From contig NC_045138.2 in assembly GCF_008831285.2 (NCBI RefSeq), positions 27,962,001-28,026,000 of the forward strand: a DNA stretch of 64,000 nt. Direction: 5' to 3'. This document shows positions 1-11,977 of this stretch, in pieces; position 1 is the first letter of the stretch; every line of letters starts with the position of its first letter. The DNA comes from Nymphaea colorata (taxonomy: Eukaryota). A model generated the notes under the pieces. That model searched no databases, had not been told where the DNA came from, and saw only the letters and a program-made list of their open reading frames with translations. The translations under genes were made by a program, and so were the position numbers.

Positions 1-54
1 TGTGTTGTAGTACCTACAGCAGAAAGGAGAAAGCTGAGCAATCAATATCCAAGT

Positions 55-106
<52 letters not shown>

Positions 107-3100
107 CGACAGAGAGAATTTGACATACTCAGGGTCTATATATCCAGGCGTCCCTGCGACTGCAGTTGTCATATGTGTAATGTCATCTTTAATACCGGTT
201 TTCGATAAGCCAAAATCTGCCAATTTTGCTTCTAGATTACTATCTAATAGGATGTTGGTGGTCTTGACATCCCTGTGTACCACGGGCGGCCTGCATCCTG
301 AATGGAGATAGTCTAGGCCTGCACTCCAAAATATTCCAATTTACACGTATATCCAAATGTGGATAATGAAAGCGAAGAGTTGGATATATTTTAGTCAAAC
401 CTGTAGCAACATTGAGAGCTATTTGCAATCTTTGCTTCCAGTCTGGTGTACATGTTTCATCTGCAGAAGGATTTAAAGCTAAATATCTCTATGGCACACC
501 CGTATCCGCACTCTTTCTTTTGCCTTTTCTGCTGAAATTGGGGAGACGGCTGAAGAACAAGCGCAACAGGGGATAATAATCTGACATTTTATTATGGGGA
601 ACAAGTGGGACTGTAAACATTCATCTTCAAGGACAACAAATTCCGACATGCTTAAATAACTCGTTGGATGAGTTTTCCCCTCATCAATAAGTATACATAT
701 TAGCTGGTTTTAACAAGCCTGAGCAGAATATGCTGTTTCTATTTAAGAGTACCTGAGAGTAGCCCCCGAAGATTTCCTCTGTCCATGTACTCATAGACTA
801 GGATCAATTTCTCATCTTCGTCACAGAAACCAACAAAAGATGCCAAGTTCCTGTGGTGAACTTTCATTAAGAGCTCGACCTGCGGTGGCAAGTAACAGTT
901 AGTTGTCGGCAGTTATCAATACATTTTTCCCTATTGATTCGCAATGAAGCTTGTTTCTTTTGCTTTGAAGAGGGAAACATACAGACCTCAGCAGTATATT
1001 CCTTGATTCCTTGTGGAAGAGATCTTGTCATTATCTTGACTGCAACTTCCTTGCCATCTCTTAGACATCCATAATAAACACTACCAGATCCTCCTTTGCC
1101 TATAGCTTTCTGAAAATCATTGGTGATGTGCGAAATTTCTGCATATGAGAAAGTGCGGCCTCTTCCTTCTCTTTTATGTTGTGAGATCGGCACATCATCT
1201 GGCTCCCAAAAGTTGCTTTTATTACGTAATACAGGAAAAAATTACTTTGAGCATTTTCCAAAATGGTGCAATTCATGCAGGACTGCGTTCGCTCTATTCA
1301 CCATCAAAGGAAACGATTGCAATAATTCAAAATTCAGCAAATTTTAGACGGAGGGAGATCCTCACCTCTTGGCTTTCTCTTTTTCTTCATCGTAAGGAAC
1401 GCTGAGGACAGTGATATTAACGCCACCAAAGTTGCCACCACTACGCCCGCAATTATAATGTTTTTCTTTTTCCCACCCTTTCCACCTTGGTCGCAAGGTT
1501 CTTGCTTGCAAATATGAGGGTTGCTATCGATGCTTCAATCAGATTGACGAAAGCAGAAAAGGAAGTTATTTGATGTCATTCAAATAAGAGAAATGGCATT
1601 CCAAGCATTCATTTTCAGTACATATCCAACCTTAATCTGAGGCGCCCAATATCCGCTCGTTGTTGCAATGTGCTGGGAACTGATCCGGACAAACTATTGC
1701 TTGACAAATCGCTGAGTGAACAGATAGTTCATGTAGATCAAATATTTTTTATTATGCTAGAGCGCATCTGTTTCATATAGCAGTAATAATTTAAGAACTA
1801 TCTTGTTCCTTTCGGGCAATAGCCTACTTACAGAATGGTCAAATTGGCCAGCTCTTGCAAGAAGGATGGAATTGGTCCATCGAGGTTGTTTGTTGACAGG
1901 TTCCTAAAGGAGGAGTGGCAGGGGTCATGATGATGATAATGATGGTGACGTTGAATCACAAACTACTAAGAGCAAAAACGGCCATCAGGTTCATTGGTGA
2001 ACTTACAATTTCTGCAGTGCTGTCAATTGAGAAAAGAAGTTGCTAACTGGACCCTGTAGCCTACTTCTCGAAAGGTCCCTGCAAATGAAACCTTATGTCA
2101 TGAACATTGGTAGTAGTGAAGAAGGACCAAGGTCCAGCAAATTAACATTCTGTAGACGGAGACGAACTCTCACAAAGACACTATTCTTGCTGCTAAAGAG
2201 TTCTCGTAGCTACAATTCAGCCCATCCCAAGGAGAAATCCGAGGGAAACACGGATCAGCTTGCCAATTTCTCTTTACACCATAGTAAGTCTTGATGGCAT
2301 TGATGGCGTCAACTGGAAACAGGAAACCGAACGTAAGAAACAAAACGGAAAACAAAATGATTTTGGCAAACTTTCCAGCGGCTGCCAATACTCTGATCAC
2401 TGGATCCATATCGGGCACTTTTGATATCCTGACTTCGACGGGTAATGTGCAAAATATGCCATTAGATGAGATAGGAACTATATATTTAATAACTTGAACC
2501 AATGGCCCTCGCCTTGTAATAGAGGCCAAGTACTAATTTTCTCATGGAAGCTTCGAGAAAGAACCTACCATCCTGGCTTTGAGTTGCCGATCCACTGGGC
2601 TGAACCACCTTGAATACCTCGAACGCGTTCAGAATGGGGCCATAGTTCGAGGCGCTATTTGCCTCGACCGTAAACGAGTAGTTTGCTGCATATATAGGTG
2701 CGATCGAAAACACAGAGTTGCTGTTGAGGTAGTCGGGACAGAACCAGTCAGACCAGGTATCACCGTTGTACTTTATCGTCAGATTCCTCTGGCCGTTTAT
2801 CCGCTGCAGCTCGGCGAAGTGAAATACCGGAAGGTAGAGAGCATCGGACCCTCCGGGCCATGTGACGACTATGGGGCCGGATGAGTTGGCTGCAGTCTGC
2901 ATCACCGCCGACGGCAAGCGGAAGAATGTCTGGCGCTCTTCTCTTACCACGGTCTGGGTGCTAATTGGGTTCCCGTATGAGCCATTGTCGGGTCTCCAAA
3001 TGCGATCTAATGCATCGTCTGGATACCTGTGAAAGGGCACTCGTGATTGGATGTCCTAAACCAGGAGGCTAGCCTATGGTACAACTAGTCATGATCAGAC

Positions 3101-5086
3101 TCAAAGTTACTGCCACTTAGCCATGGGAACACTAGTTCCTGCGTCCCACCATGGGCTGCATTCGAGTGCAACGGGCAAAAAAATGACTATTTACATATAT
3201 TTTGAATTTATTGAAATATGAGTTACTCCGATCCAGTTTATGGTAGTCATTTCTTTAGGAAAAAAAGTGAAAATTTAGAGGATTTTGTTGTCCATAAACT
3301 GGTTAGATTTGAAAAAGCACACGCTGTCTCTCCCTCCCACACTTGTAGACATGTTAATCGAAAGTAGTTACATGCGTTCGCTTGTACACAATATAATAGA
3401 AAGGTGAAAACGCTTGACACCTGCTCTAAAGTGGGCCAGGGGTCCACATAGCTGTGCACGGTGTAGTGTACCGATATCGTAACCCTTTGCATATTACCTT
3501 AGTTCTGCTGATGCTCCAACGTCCACCCTCATGAAGGTTGTGAATGAGCCCAAGTCTGTGTAGTTATTATAAAGGAGGTTATGCCCTGCGATAGGTCGAA
3601 GCTCCAAAGCGGAGATGAAAGGGACGGCCGCGGTGGTTTTCACAAGGCATACGCTCATGGTCGTCGTGTTCGCCCGGCTCCCAAACTCCGTCCAGTACAT
3701 ATGAGTCGCATTGTCCAACTTGATGGTCTCCCAGAAATCAACACCCAGGTAGAGGTCGAAGCTGAGCGCAGCGTTACTTGCCGGCACTCCATCATAATTG
3801 CCGTGCATGAAGTATGCTCGCACCAAATAGTTGGTTCCTTGATCCACTGGCAGCGAGTAGCAATTCCTCTTGTAATCAGGAAAGTATCTGAGCGTCTGGT
3901 AGATCTTCGGAATACTTTTTAGTGCAGCGTCAATTTGCTTGTTGAGTCCGCTGTCTATGAATTCATTGTCTGAGACGTAATAGAGACCGATGTCACTGGT
4001 ATAGGTTGAACCGTCCGGGACACCGCAATCGATGCTGAGAAAACCTGTTACTTACGAATGAAGATAAAAAAAGTTAAAGTTTGGGAAACAATACCCTTTT
4101 TGACTCCCTGTTTGTTATTGACTTCATATATATACAAGTCGTATTGAGGATGTGAATGCGGCTGTGCACCCAAGCGAGTTAACTCTACATCGAACTCGCT
4201 CAATAAACTTGACTGAAACTAGATTCGTTTATTAAACTAGTTGAGTTTGAGTTAAGAAATGAACTCGACAACTTAAACCAGTAGAGTCGACTCAGTCGAG
4301 TTCGAACGGACTCAAGCTCGAGCCGATTTCAAGTTCCTTTCAAAACACTTGAGTGGAGTTCAAGCGGACTCAACTAGGCTTGAACTCACTCATGAACAGC
4401 TCTAGATGTGAATAAGTGGAAAAGATCCTATCGTGGATCTGATTTCGATTCATTTAATCGAAATTGATCAAGAAACTCCATTCTAATTATTAGATAAAAT
4501 CGGCTTCACATGCAAAATACATTCTTATAACCAGATTTGAACTCAAGGCCGAAATTCAATTAAACTATATATACATGCCAAACAATTAAGAAATAGGAAA
4601 ATTATTAAAAACCATACCATATAGATCTTTTAACTAAAAGAATGACTACCATGTGGCGCTCTTATGAAGTCGAAGGAGGACCAATATTCGTCATTCGTTC
4701 ATTCATGGAAAAAAATCACCTATAAAAACTTGAGGCAGGCCAGTCATTCCAGAGATGCCGTTATGAGTACCCTAGCTCGATCTCAGTTTGTCCATTATAA
4801 CGAAAAAATTAAAAAAAGAATTAGAACACTAGCGCTCGCCAGTGGCTTCGGAAGATCACTTGGCCTTTCGGTGAAGCAGCAAATTCTTTATAAGCAAGGG
4901 GAGAGGGAGAGAGTTTGATGAAGTTCTAGTCGACACAGTGGGAGGGATGAGAGGGGCGTTCTTACCTTCCTGGGCAGCAACTAGGAGCAGAGTAAAGGAG
5001 TGGCAGAGCAGAAGGAAGATACCAGAAGGGTTGATCATCGTAGACATCGGCAGCACCATAGAGCACTCTTTGAATTTCTCAAACAT
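1..5086 (-). CDS. Malectin-like domain/LRR receptor-like Ser/Thr kinase (LRR-I type), copy A; last exon runs off the left edge
   Basis: Spliced by eye with GT-AG sites. Exon 1 5086-4966 (signal peptide ...[19 protein letters not shown]), exon 2 4044-3498 ([30 protein letters not shown]), exon 3 3026-2569 ([19 protein letters not shown]), exon 4 2312-2174 (WQADPC), short LRR exons (e.g. 2078-2007), a TM exon, then kinase exons ([30 protein letters not shown]). No stop or frameshift seen. The exact start ATG is uncertain because there are several in frame. Confidence 0.93.
55..116. repeat. Compound (TG)n(AG)n microsatellite in the last intron of gene A; same-length copy near 31058-31119
   Basis: Direct reading. 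Confidence 0.95.
4157..4404. mobile_element. hAT-like MITE in intron 1 of gene A
   Basis: 8-bp direct repeat GATGTGAA at 4149-4156 and 4405-4412. Imperfect TIRs (TGCGGCTGTGCAC / CATGAACAGCTCTA). Many internal AACTCG/CTCGA motifs. Confidence 0.7.
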
Positions 5087-5412
5087 CGGCCTAAAAGCAC
5101 ATGTGGCGCACGCAACTCACTCTCACAACTTTGAGGAGACAGATTTGTGTATGTTACTGTAAACAAGTTTCTCCTTTTATTGTTCCAGTCGCCTGTTTAT
5201 CCACAAGCTCGAAAAAGTCCAGGTCTACCATCATCGTCCAAGACGGGTTGAATGTATTGCACCACAATTTACGTTCGCTAGCTTTGACCGACTGTTCCAC
5301 ATCCCATTCAGTCTCCATCTTTGGAAACTTCTATGGCAGTACGTACTTCTCAAGTAAGGAGGAGTTTAAAGGAGGGTGGAAACAGCAGAAGTGCTGAGGG
5401 CTAATTAACACC

Positions 5413-6018
5413 ATGACTTCTGTCTGATCTATGAAATTAGGAAATTGTCAAGCAGCTTTAAAGATCGTTGCCATCCTTTTTAGAAAATCTACCATATTTG
5501 TCCCGTGGTGAGTTCATCTTTTAATATTACGGTCAAGGTGGTCAATTAACAGTCTTTCTCAGTAACCTTAATTTTTCCTTTTTTCCTTTCATGAATTCAG
5601 AGATTTGTCAAGCAATAATTTGTCAGATCAATTCCAAGTGGTTTGGAAGAAATGAAGGTAAATGGGGAACTCAAGTTGAGGTTGGATACTGTTTGCTTTT
5701 TTTTTTTCTATTTGGCTTCTATCTCTTCATTGAAGTGCACTAAAAACCTTTACCTCATTGGCCACGTTTTTTTCCAACGGTCGAGCACAATCCTCACCTA
5801 TGCCAACAAAATCCCTGCTACCAAGGAAAAGCTAGTAAGAAGAGAAATCGAACAATTATAAGTGTGTTCGTCAGTAGTGGCTGCTATAGTAGATCATCGG
5901 TGTTCATCACAATCAGTCAAAGGGAAAACTGCAAGCTCTACCTTCAATTATATGCCTATAAGCCTTAAGCAGTTCTCTTAAGCGCATCATAATGAGAATT
6001 AAGAGTGCAATTGTTTCT

Positions 6019-6074
<56 letters not shown>

Positions 6075-6257
6075 TAATTGTTACTTTTTATGATGAAAAC
6101 AACAATCAAGGGCCGAACTTAAGAGCAAGTGGAAAAATCTGCAGTTTCACTTCCGATGAAGTTGTGGAAATCACCAACAACTCTGAGAGAGTAATAGGCA
6201 AAGGCGGATCCTAAACCGTCTTTTATGGCCGACAGCCGGATGGCCAAGAAGTTGTCA
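5413..6257 (+). pseudogene. Internally deleted B-type RLK relic, head-to-head with gene A
   Basis: 5242-5415 matches the sequence upstream of the B start (11814-11980, ...GAGGGCTAATTAACACCATG). It then jumps to degenerate LRR, TM and kinase N-lobe exons ([24 protein letters not shown]) with frameshifts and stops. Confidence 0.85.
6021..6070. repeat. (TA)n microsatellite
   Basis: About 25 TA units, direct reading. Confidence 0.95.
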
Positions 6258-7307
6258 TTTTTCTAAGGTTTTGGATATGAGTCCGAGGCCTATATGTACA
6301 ACATGCTTCGAATCATGAGTTACGCATATGAGATAACTTCTTCTCGATTTAGATTTTAAGTGGTAGGAAAAGGTTAACAAGGACCTTTCTCGGCTGAGCT
6401 TGTTGGCATGTGTTCATGGCTCTGCGGGTTGGACCTCGATCGTCGATCGGGTCCCATATATTTTTTCCTGAAGGGGCAGCTGTTTACGTTGGATCTGATT
6501 CCCGTTGTGATATGCGGATCTCAGATCCGACGAATTGAGGTCCCCTCTTTATCTGCCACATAATGAAGCATCTCAAATCCTCAACATTACACAATAGTGA
6601 AATCTAACGTTTGTTTACCTATGTGGATGCCACATAAAAGGGATTTCAGATCAGCTTCAGTTGTAGGATCTGAGGGTATCTAACACACTTAAAACAAGCT
6701 TCAAGGTGTCGCTGCCCAATTCTATAGCCTATTTTATTTAAATCTCAGATCTTACATGTCCTGCACCTGTATATATTTTCATTAGATTTGAATACCTCGT
6801 TAACGAAAATCTCATTTTCCGATAAACACCTCTAGGAAAGGAATTTGTTTCCTTTGAAATGGAAAAACACACTTTTAATTTAGATACTTTATTTTCTTCA
6901 TAGTCGATTCCTTCATTTTTTTCACTGGCCCATCCTTGACAATATATTTTGCTTTTTTACACATCATGTAAGCATGTATTCAACCTTGTTGTTAGTCTCT
7001 ATGTACTCACTGTTTTACATTCTCTTTTGCTTATAAGATTGCTTCATAAACGCATTCACATCCCTGCTTCCTAAACATTCTTTTATGCTCATTAAATGGA
7101 TTTTACTTCCCGTATCACCCTCCGAATCCATTTCACATGCCTTGCAGCTATGGTCTAAAACATCTTCAGTTGTCCACTTCGTAACATTCATGAATGGCCG
7201 CTTTTACGTGGCACGACATCTCTTGATGAAGGTCAAGAGTAGAGATGAGAACCTGATCGAAAGTGAAAACGAGAAGACCTATTCGATACAGTGGGGAGGG
7301 AATGGAG

Positions 7308-7524
7308 TGTTGGTGTATGGAACTTGATCTATACTGGACACTCATATGCATATGGTGGTTCGTGGGCATTAGCCACCGACGAAAGTGTTTGTGTTCATCT
7401 GAGTGTGAATAGTGAAAGATGCTTGCGACCGTGGATGTAAGAGATTGTTACTCTGACTCTTCCTTGTTGCTTCTAACCTCCTCTTGAGAGTGTGAGATGA
7501 GAGTTTTGTGTGTTGTTCCTAACA
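7308..7524 (+). mobile_element. Solo LTR of the same copia family as 24896-28443
   Basis: Starts TGTTGGTGTATGGAA, ends GTTGTTCCTAACA, with internal blocks shared with LTR 28162-28443. Flanks TGGAG/GAGAG are only an imperfect TSD. It interrupts a degenerate A-type exon 1/intron 1 copy. Confidence 0.8.
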
Positions 7525-7780
7525 GAGAGGGGTGTCCTCTCTTTCTGGGCAGCATCTAGGAGCAAAGAAGAAGAGTGGCAGAGCAGAAGCTATGATGCCA
7601 AAAGGGTTGATCATCATAGACATTATCAGCACCAGATGCTGTTGATCTGCGACCTTTCCTGTGTGAACAGAGACGACTAACATCTTATAACTGTGAGCCA
7701 TTGACGACTAACATCTCATAACAGAGAGCCATTGACGACAGCTTGGAAATAGTTAATGAGTTTTTAAAGATGGTTCCATA
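7525..7780 (-). pseudogene. Degenerate A-type signal-peptide exon plus upstream region
   Basis: Reverse complement aligns with 10710-10975 and with 4940-5060 (MMINPFGI...). Frameshifted, and the splice donor is lost. Confidence 0.75.
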
Positions 7781-8429
7781 GATTTAGCTGTTGGGGTTAC
7801 TTATCTCCATGGATTGCAAATCCCTCAATTATAAGAGTAGCGATAACAATTCTTTCTTTATCTTTAGCAAGTTGCTACTTGCCAGTTGTATGGGATATAG
7901 ACGTTATCTCTTGTTTCTTTCTTTAAATATCTCTTGTACCTTCTTGTAAAGAAATCAAGATATTCTAGTCTCTCCTTAAGCATTATCCTTTACCATTAAC
8001 ATTACCATCCAGTAATAAGGCCTTAACTTCGTCACATGGCTGTCAGGGGCTTTATTTTCCGTTAAATGTACTTTTTTTTTTAAACTTTAACCTTACAAGT
8101 CTCCTATTTTCCTTTCATCTCTTCATGGTTCAGAGATATTTTAGTCATTTGCCACCCGAGCATTGACTTGAGCTCTCGAGAGCTCAGAATCAATCCTGCT
8201 TCATTATTGGTGGTGAACTTCTAAGGTTGACTTCCACCAGTGAAATTGTAGAATAGTCATTTAGAGTTGGGCCACAAGAAACCTTCTACGAAGAAAGAAA
8301 CTGTGGAGTAGTCGCTTCTTGTTCTCAAATCAATCGACCTTGTACTGAGTGTCACCAATTGACATAAATTATGTAGGTAAGAAGACTTCAATAGGAAACG
8401 GGGAGTTCTCACAACTTGTATCTACTTGT

Positions 8430-8730
8430 AGTTGCCTTTCAATGCTCAACGAGTTGGTAAAAATGTTTTTAAATTGCTGTCCACTTGGAACCTGAGGTGT
8501 AGTTATGGCCTCATTTTGAAAATTTTTCTCTAATAAAATGAGCCTCTATATGTTTTGTTCGCTGATGATATACAAGGTTGACCCCAATATATACAATTGT
8601 CATGTTGTCACATTTTCATTCTACTGGATAGGTGATGTCTATGCACATATCATTTATTTAAGCCTTCAACCAAACAATTTCGCAAGTACATGTAGCCATT
8701 GTTCTAGACTTAGCCTCGGCACATGATCTA
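8430..8730 (-). mobile_element. Degenerate Ty1/copia RNase H remnant
   Basis: Minus-strand translation resembles CDN...NLVYHQRTKHIE-HFIREK...VPSGQQ..IFT. Paralogous to 37280-37590. Confidence 0.65.
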
Positions 8731-8985
8731 TCACGATTCACATTCCTGATATATCACAAAAATTACAGATAATCTTTTCCCAAGTCAGTGAAGGTCCATA
8801 TACCAATCCACAAGATAGTTAACTTGCAAATGCAAATAAGTATTCAGAAAAAGTCCAACTAACAGGTCATGTTTGTTTATCACGAAAAATCCAATTATTA
8901 ATGATTGTTTCTGAATGGCTACATGTTTCTTTACAATTTGTCTAGGAGGAAAATTATTGGCCGAATCTTCGATTGTGCTTGTTGT

Positions 8986-9079
8986 AGATATCATGTTGAA
9001 GAACTAGACTCCGTTTGAAATGTGTCGGGTGCAGATATCATGTTGAAGAACTAGACTCCGTTTGAAATGTGTCGGGTGC
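8986..9079. repeat. Perfect 47-bp tandem duplication
   Basis: AGATATCATGTTGAAGAACTAGACTCCGTTTGAAATGTGTCGGGTGC twice. Confidence 0.9.
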
Positions 9080-10117
9080 AGTTTGAAATGGACAAGGCAG
9101 AGATGAACAATCTATATGATAACCCAGTTGGGGATGAAAAATTGCTCGAACCAAGGGGAAGGTATTGTGGTTGGTTTAAGGCTTTCAACTATTTGAAATC
9201 AGCTTTCCTTTTGATATCTTGTTCTGTTTGTCTTTATTTTTATTAGTTCAACAATGTATAGGACAAGGTCTAGGTGTTTTTCAGCTAAGCCAGCTTTCCT
9301 TTTCCCCCTTTCTTCTCAATAAGATGCCACAATTTTGTTACTTTTTATGTCATCTCTAAGTACACAGGCATTCATCTTCTCCTCCATGCATTGGTTTTCG
9401 AGTTATGTTTCTTTTAAGTTATTGCCTTGCTAAATTTTTCTGTAGTATGTTTTTTTACTTTGTGTATGACAATTTGTCCCCACTGATTGTTAGTGCCTTT
9501 TTAGCCCTTCTAAGTTTTCCATATTGACCCAGTGCATCTTCCTTCCTTTTGTTAATACATGTTGTGAGTTCTACATCCTGTTTGATAACATGAATGAGTC
9601 TAGAAAGAAAAATGTGTTTATAAATGACAAAGAAAAGAAATAATTTTTTAATATTTTCATCAAACTTACCACCAAAGGTGGTGAACATAAGAGAAAAATA
9701 GGAAATCTGTCAAATTAAAGACTGTTGTCCTTGTAAAGCTTGGTGGTCAGGGCTCACTCACAAACCTTCTTACCAAATCTCAATTTAGTGTGAAACAAAC
9801 TCAATTTAGAGCTCAAACGACTTAACTAAGCTCATCTCTGGTGTAACAGAAGTATACCATTTAAGAGTGCCACTTGGTATGATACTGGTTTCTAGTTGAT
9901 GTTTCTTCTCCTTTTTTTTTAGACGTAGTTAACATTCATTTTGCAAATATCTTGATTCTTTGAAATTATTTTAGATAGAACGATATATTAACTATGAAGT
10001 TTACCACATAAGTGCGATGCCATGTTGTGAAACAAGAGATGATTTTATATTCTTTGTTGAATACCAAGGGGAAACAGGCCAGGATGATGTAGGTCCAAAC
10101 GTTGTTGAAGTAGAATC

Positions 10118-10670
10118 ATGAATATGATGAACGCAACAATCAAGAGAGGGAATTCAAGAGCTAGTGGAATAATCTGCACTTTGTTTTATGATGAAGTAGT
10201 GGAAATCACCCACAACTTTGAGAGAGTAATAGGTAATGGGGGATCCTGCACTCTCTTTTGTGGCCGACTTCGGGATGGCCAACAAGTTGCAGTTAAATTA
10301 ATGACTGGAAGGTTTTCGCAAGGAATCAAGGAGTTCACTGACGAAGTTAATTTGTGACAGAGAAAGGCATTCGTTTGTTTTTCTATGTGACAAAGAGGAG
10401 TACATGGTGGTCATTATTTGGATCTTATTTCAGGTCGAGTTGTTCATGAAAGTTCACCACAAGTCTTTAGTGTCCTTTCTTGAGTTATGTGATGAAGATC
10501 AGAAAATGATTCTGGTCTATGAGTACAGGAAGAAAGGAGATCTACAGATGCTGCTCTCAGGCATCCATTTTCCTCTTAAAGCAGTCACATCTTCCATCTG
10601 AAACACACATACAGAGACAGAGAGAGAGAGATATGCCCAGGACAGCCATGTGACGAAGTTAAATTAAGAA
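10118..10670 (+). pseudogene. B-type RLK kinase N-lobe relic (two exons)
   Basis: [21 protein letters not shown]...VAVKLM and VELFMKVHHKSLV...MLLSG, with no flanking exons. A more degraded copy lies at 40090-40660. Confidence 0.85.
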
Positions 10671-10848
10671 GAACGAGTTGCGTGCGGCGCTCGGAATGGC
10701 AACATCTATCCAACCATCTTTTAAAACTCATTTGACTTGATCCAAGCTGTTGTCGGTGGCTCTCAGTTATAAGATGTTAGCCGCCAATGGCTGTCAGTTA
10801 TAAGATGTTACCTCTGTTCATACAGGAAAGGTATCAGAGAAACAGCAT

Positions 10849-10941
10849 GTGATGCTGCCGATGTTCATGATGGTAAACTCTTTTGGTATCTTCCTTCTGC
10901 TCTGCCACTCCTCTACTCTGCTCCTAGCTACTGCCCAAAAA
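10849..10941 (+). other. Intact-looking A-type signal-peptide exon upstream of gene B (possible alternative first exon)
   Basis: [31 protein letters not shown] followed by gtaag. The phase-1 donor is compatible with B exon 2 at 12975. Confidence 0.6.
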
Positions 10942-11977
10942 GGTAAGGACACCCCTTTCATCCCTCCCCACTGTACTGTCTCTCTCTCTCTCGCTTGCTC
11001 TCTCTCACTCGCTCGCTTAAAGAAGAATTTGCTGCTTCACTGGAAGGCAACTGATTAAAGATCTGCTGAAACCACTTAGGATTCCGTTGTGTGACTGTGT
11101 CCACTATGAGATAATGGTCAAACTCGCGTTTAGCTAGGGTTCTGTTATCGTGATTCTTGTGTTCCAAAGGGTGAACGGCATCTCTCGAAAGTCAGCCCTG
11201 CCTCAACTTTTATATGGGTGATTTTTATCATGAATCAAGGGATGATGAAATTTCCCCCTTAGAAATCCATCTCGTCTCATCTCAATTATCTTTAAAAATG
11301 TGGCAGCTCATGAAGATTTTGGAGGACGATTAGTTATCTCATGAATCAAAAACTGGGAACCAGTTTCTCCGTCTCAATTTACTCAAATAATGCGCCTCAG
11401 CTTTTTGATAGGAAAATTTGTGTGGCATACATCAGGCGTAGTGAAAAAGTTAGTGATGTCGGTTTTATTCTGCAAAGTGCCAACGAAAGGGAAATATCAA
11501 GCTACATGACAAACTTGTATCTTGGCGACGTGAAGAAGTAACACTTTTATCAACGTTGCAAATGAAATTCCAGATCAGACAATTTTAGAATCAAACCAGG
11601 TTTTTCATCTTCATGTGGAAATGCTGGTAGGTGAATGCCCATGCTTTTTCTCGTCAACAAAATACATTAAGAAAAAGAAAATGGCTTAGTAGTTTTGTCT
11701 CCAAAACCAGGTTTTGAAGAGGCTTCGGAACGGCCCCGAACATGTGGGGTCATATTTTTCAAATTTTTTGTATTAAACCTTTAGCTTTCTAGAACCCGTA
11801 TATATGGACAAGTACGGGTTGGATGTGTTCCACCACAATTCAACGTTAGCATGACCGACTTGTTCCACATCCCATTCAGTCTCCCTCTTTTGGAACGTCT
11901 ATGGCAGCACGCTCCCAAGGTAGGAGGGGTTTAAAGTAAGGTGGAAGAAGCTGCAGTACTGAGGGCTAATTAACACC

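Noticed and set aside
54..311. ORFs such as MCVCVCV...RERERE and other antisense ORFs over RLK and pol exons
   Set aside because: Microsatellite translations or shadow frames of real exons on the other strand.
1..2300. A/A' identity as a pure assembly duplication
   Set aside because: Not adopted, because the copies differ in exon 3, intron 2, MITE structure and flanks. A local consensus collapse cannot be fully excluded without reads.
6470..6720. Possible Tourist-like MITE with GATCTGA/TCAGATC motifs
   Set aside because: TIRs and TSD could not be fixed convincingly.
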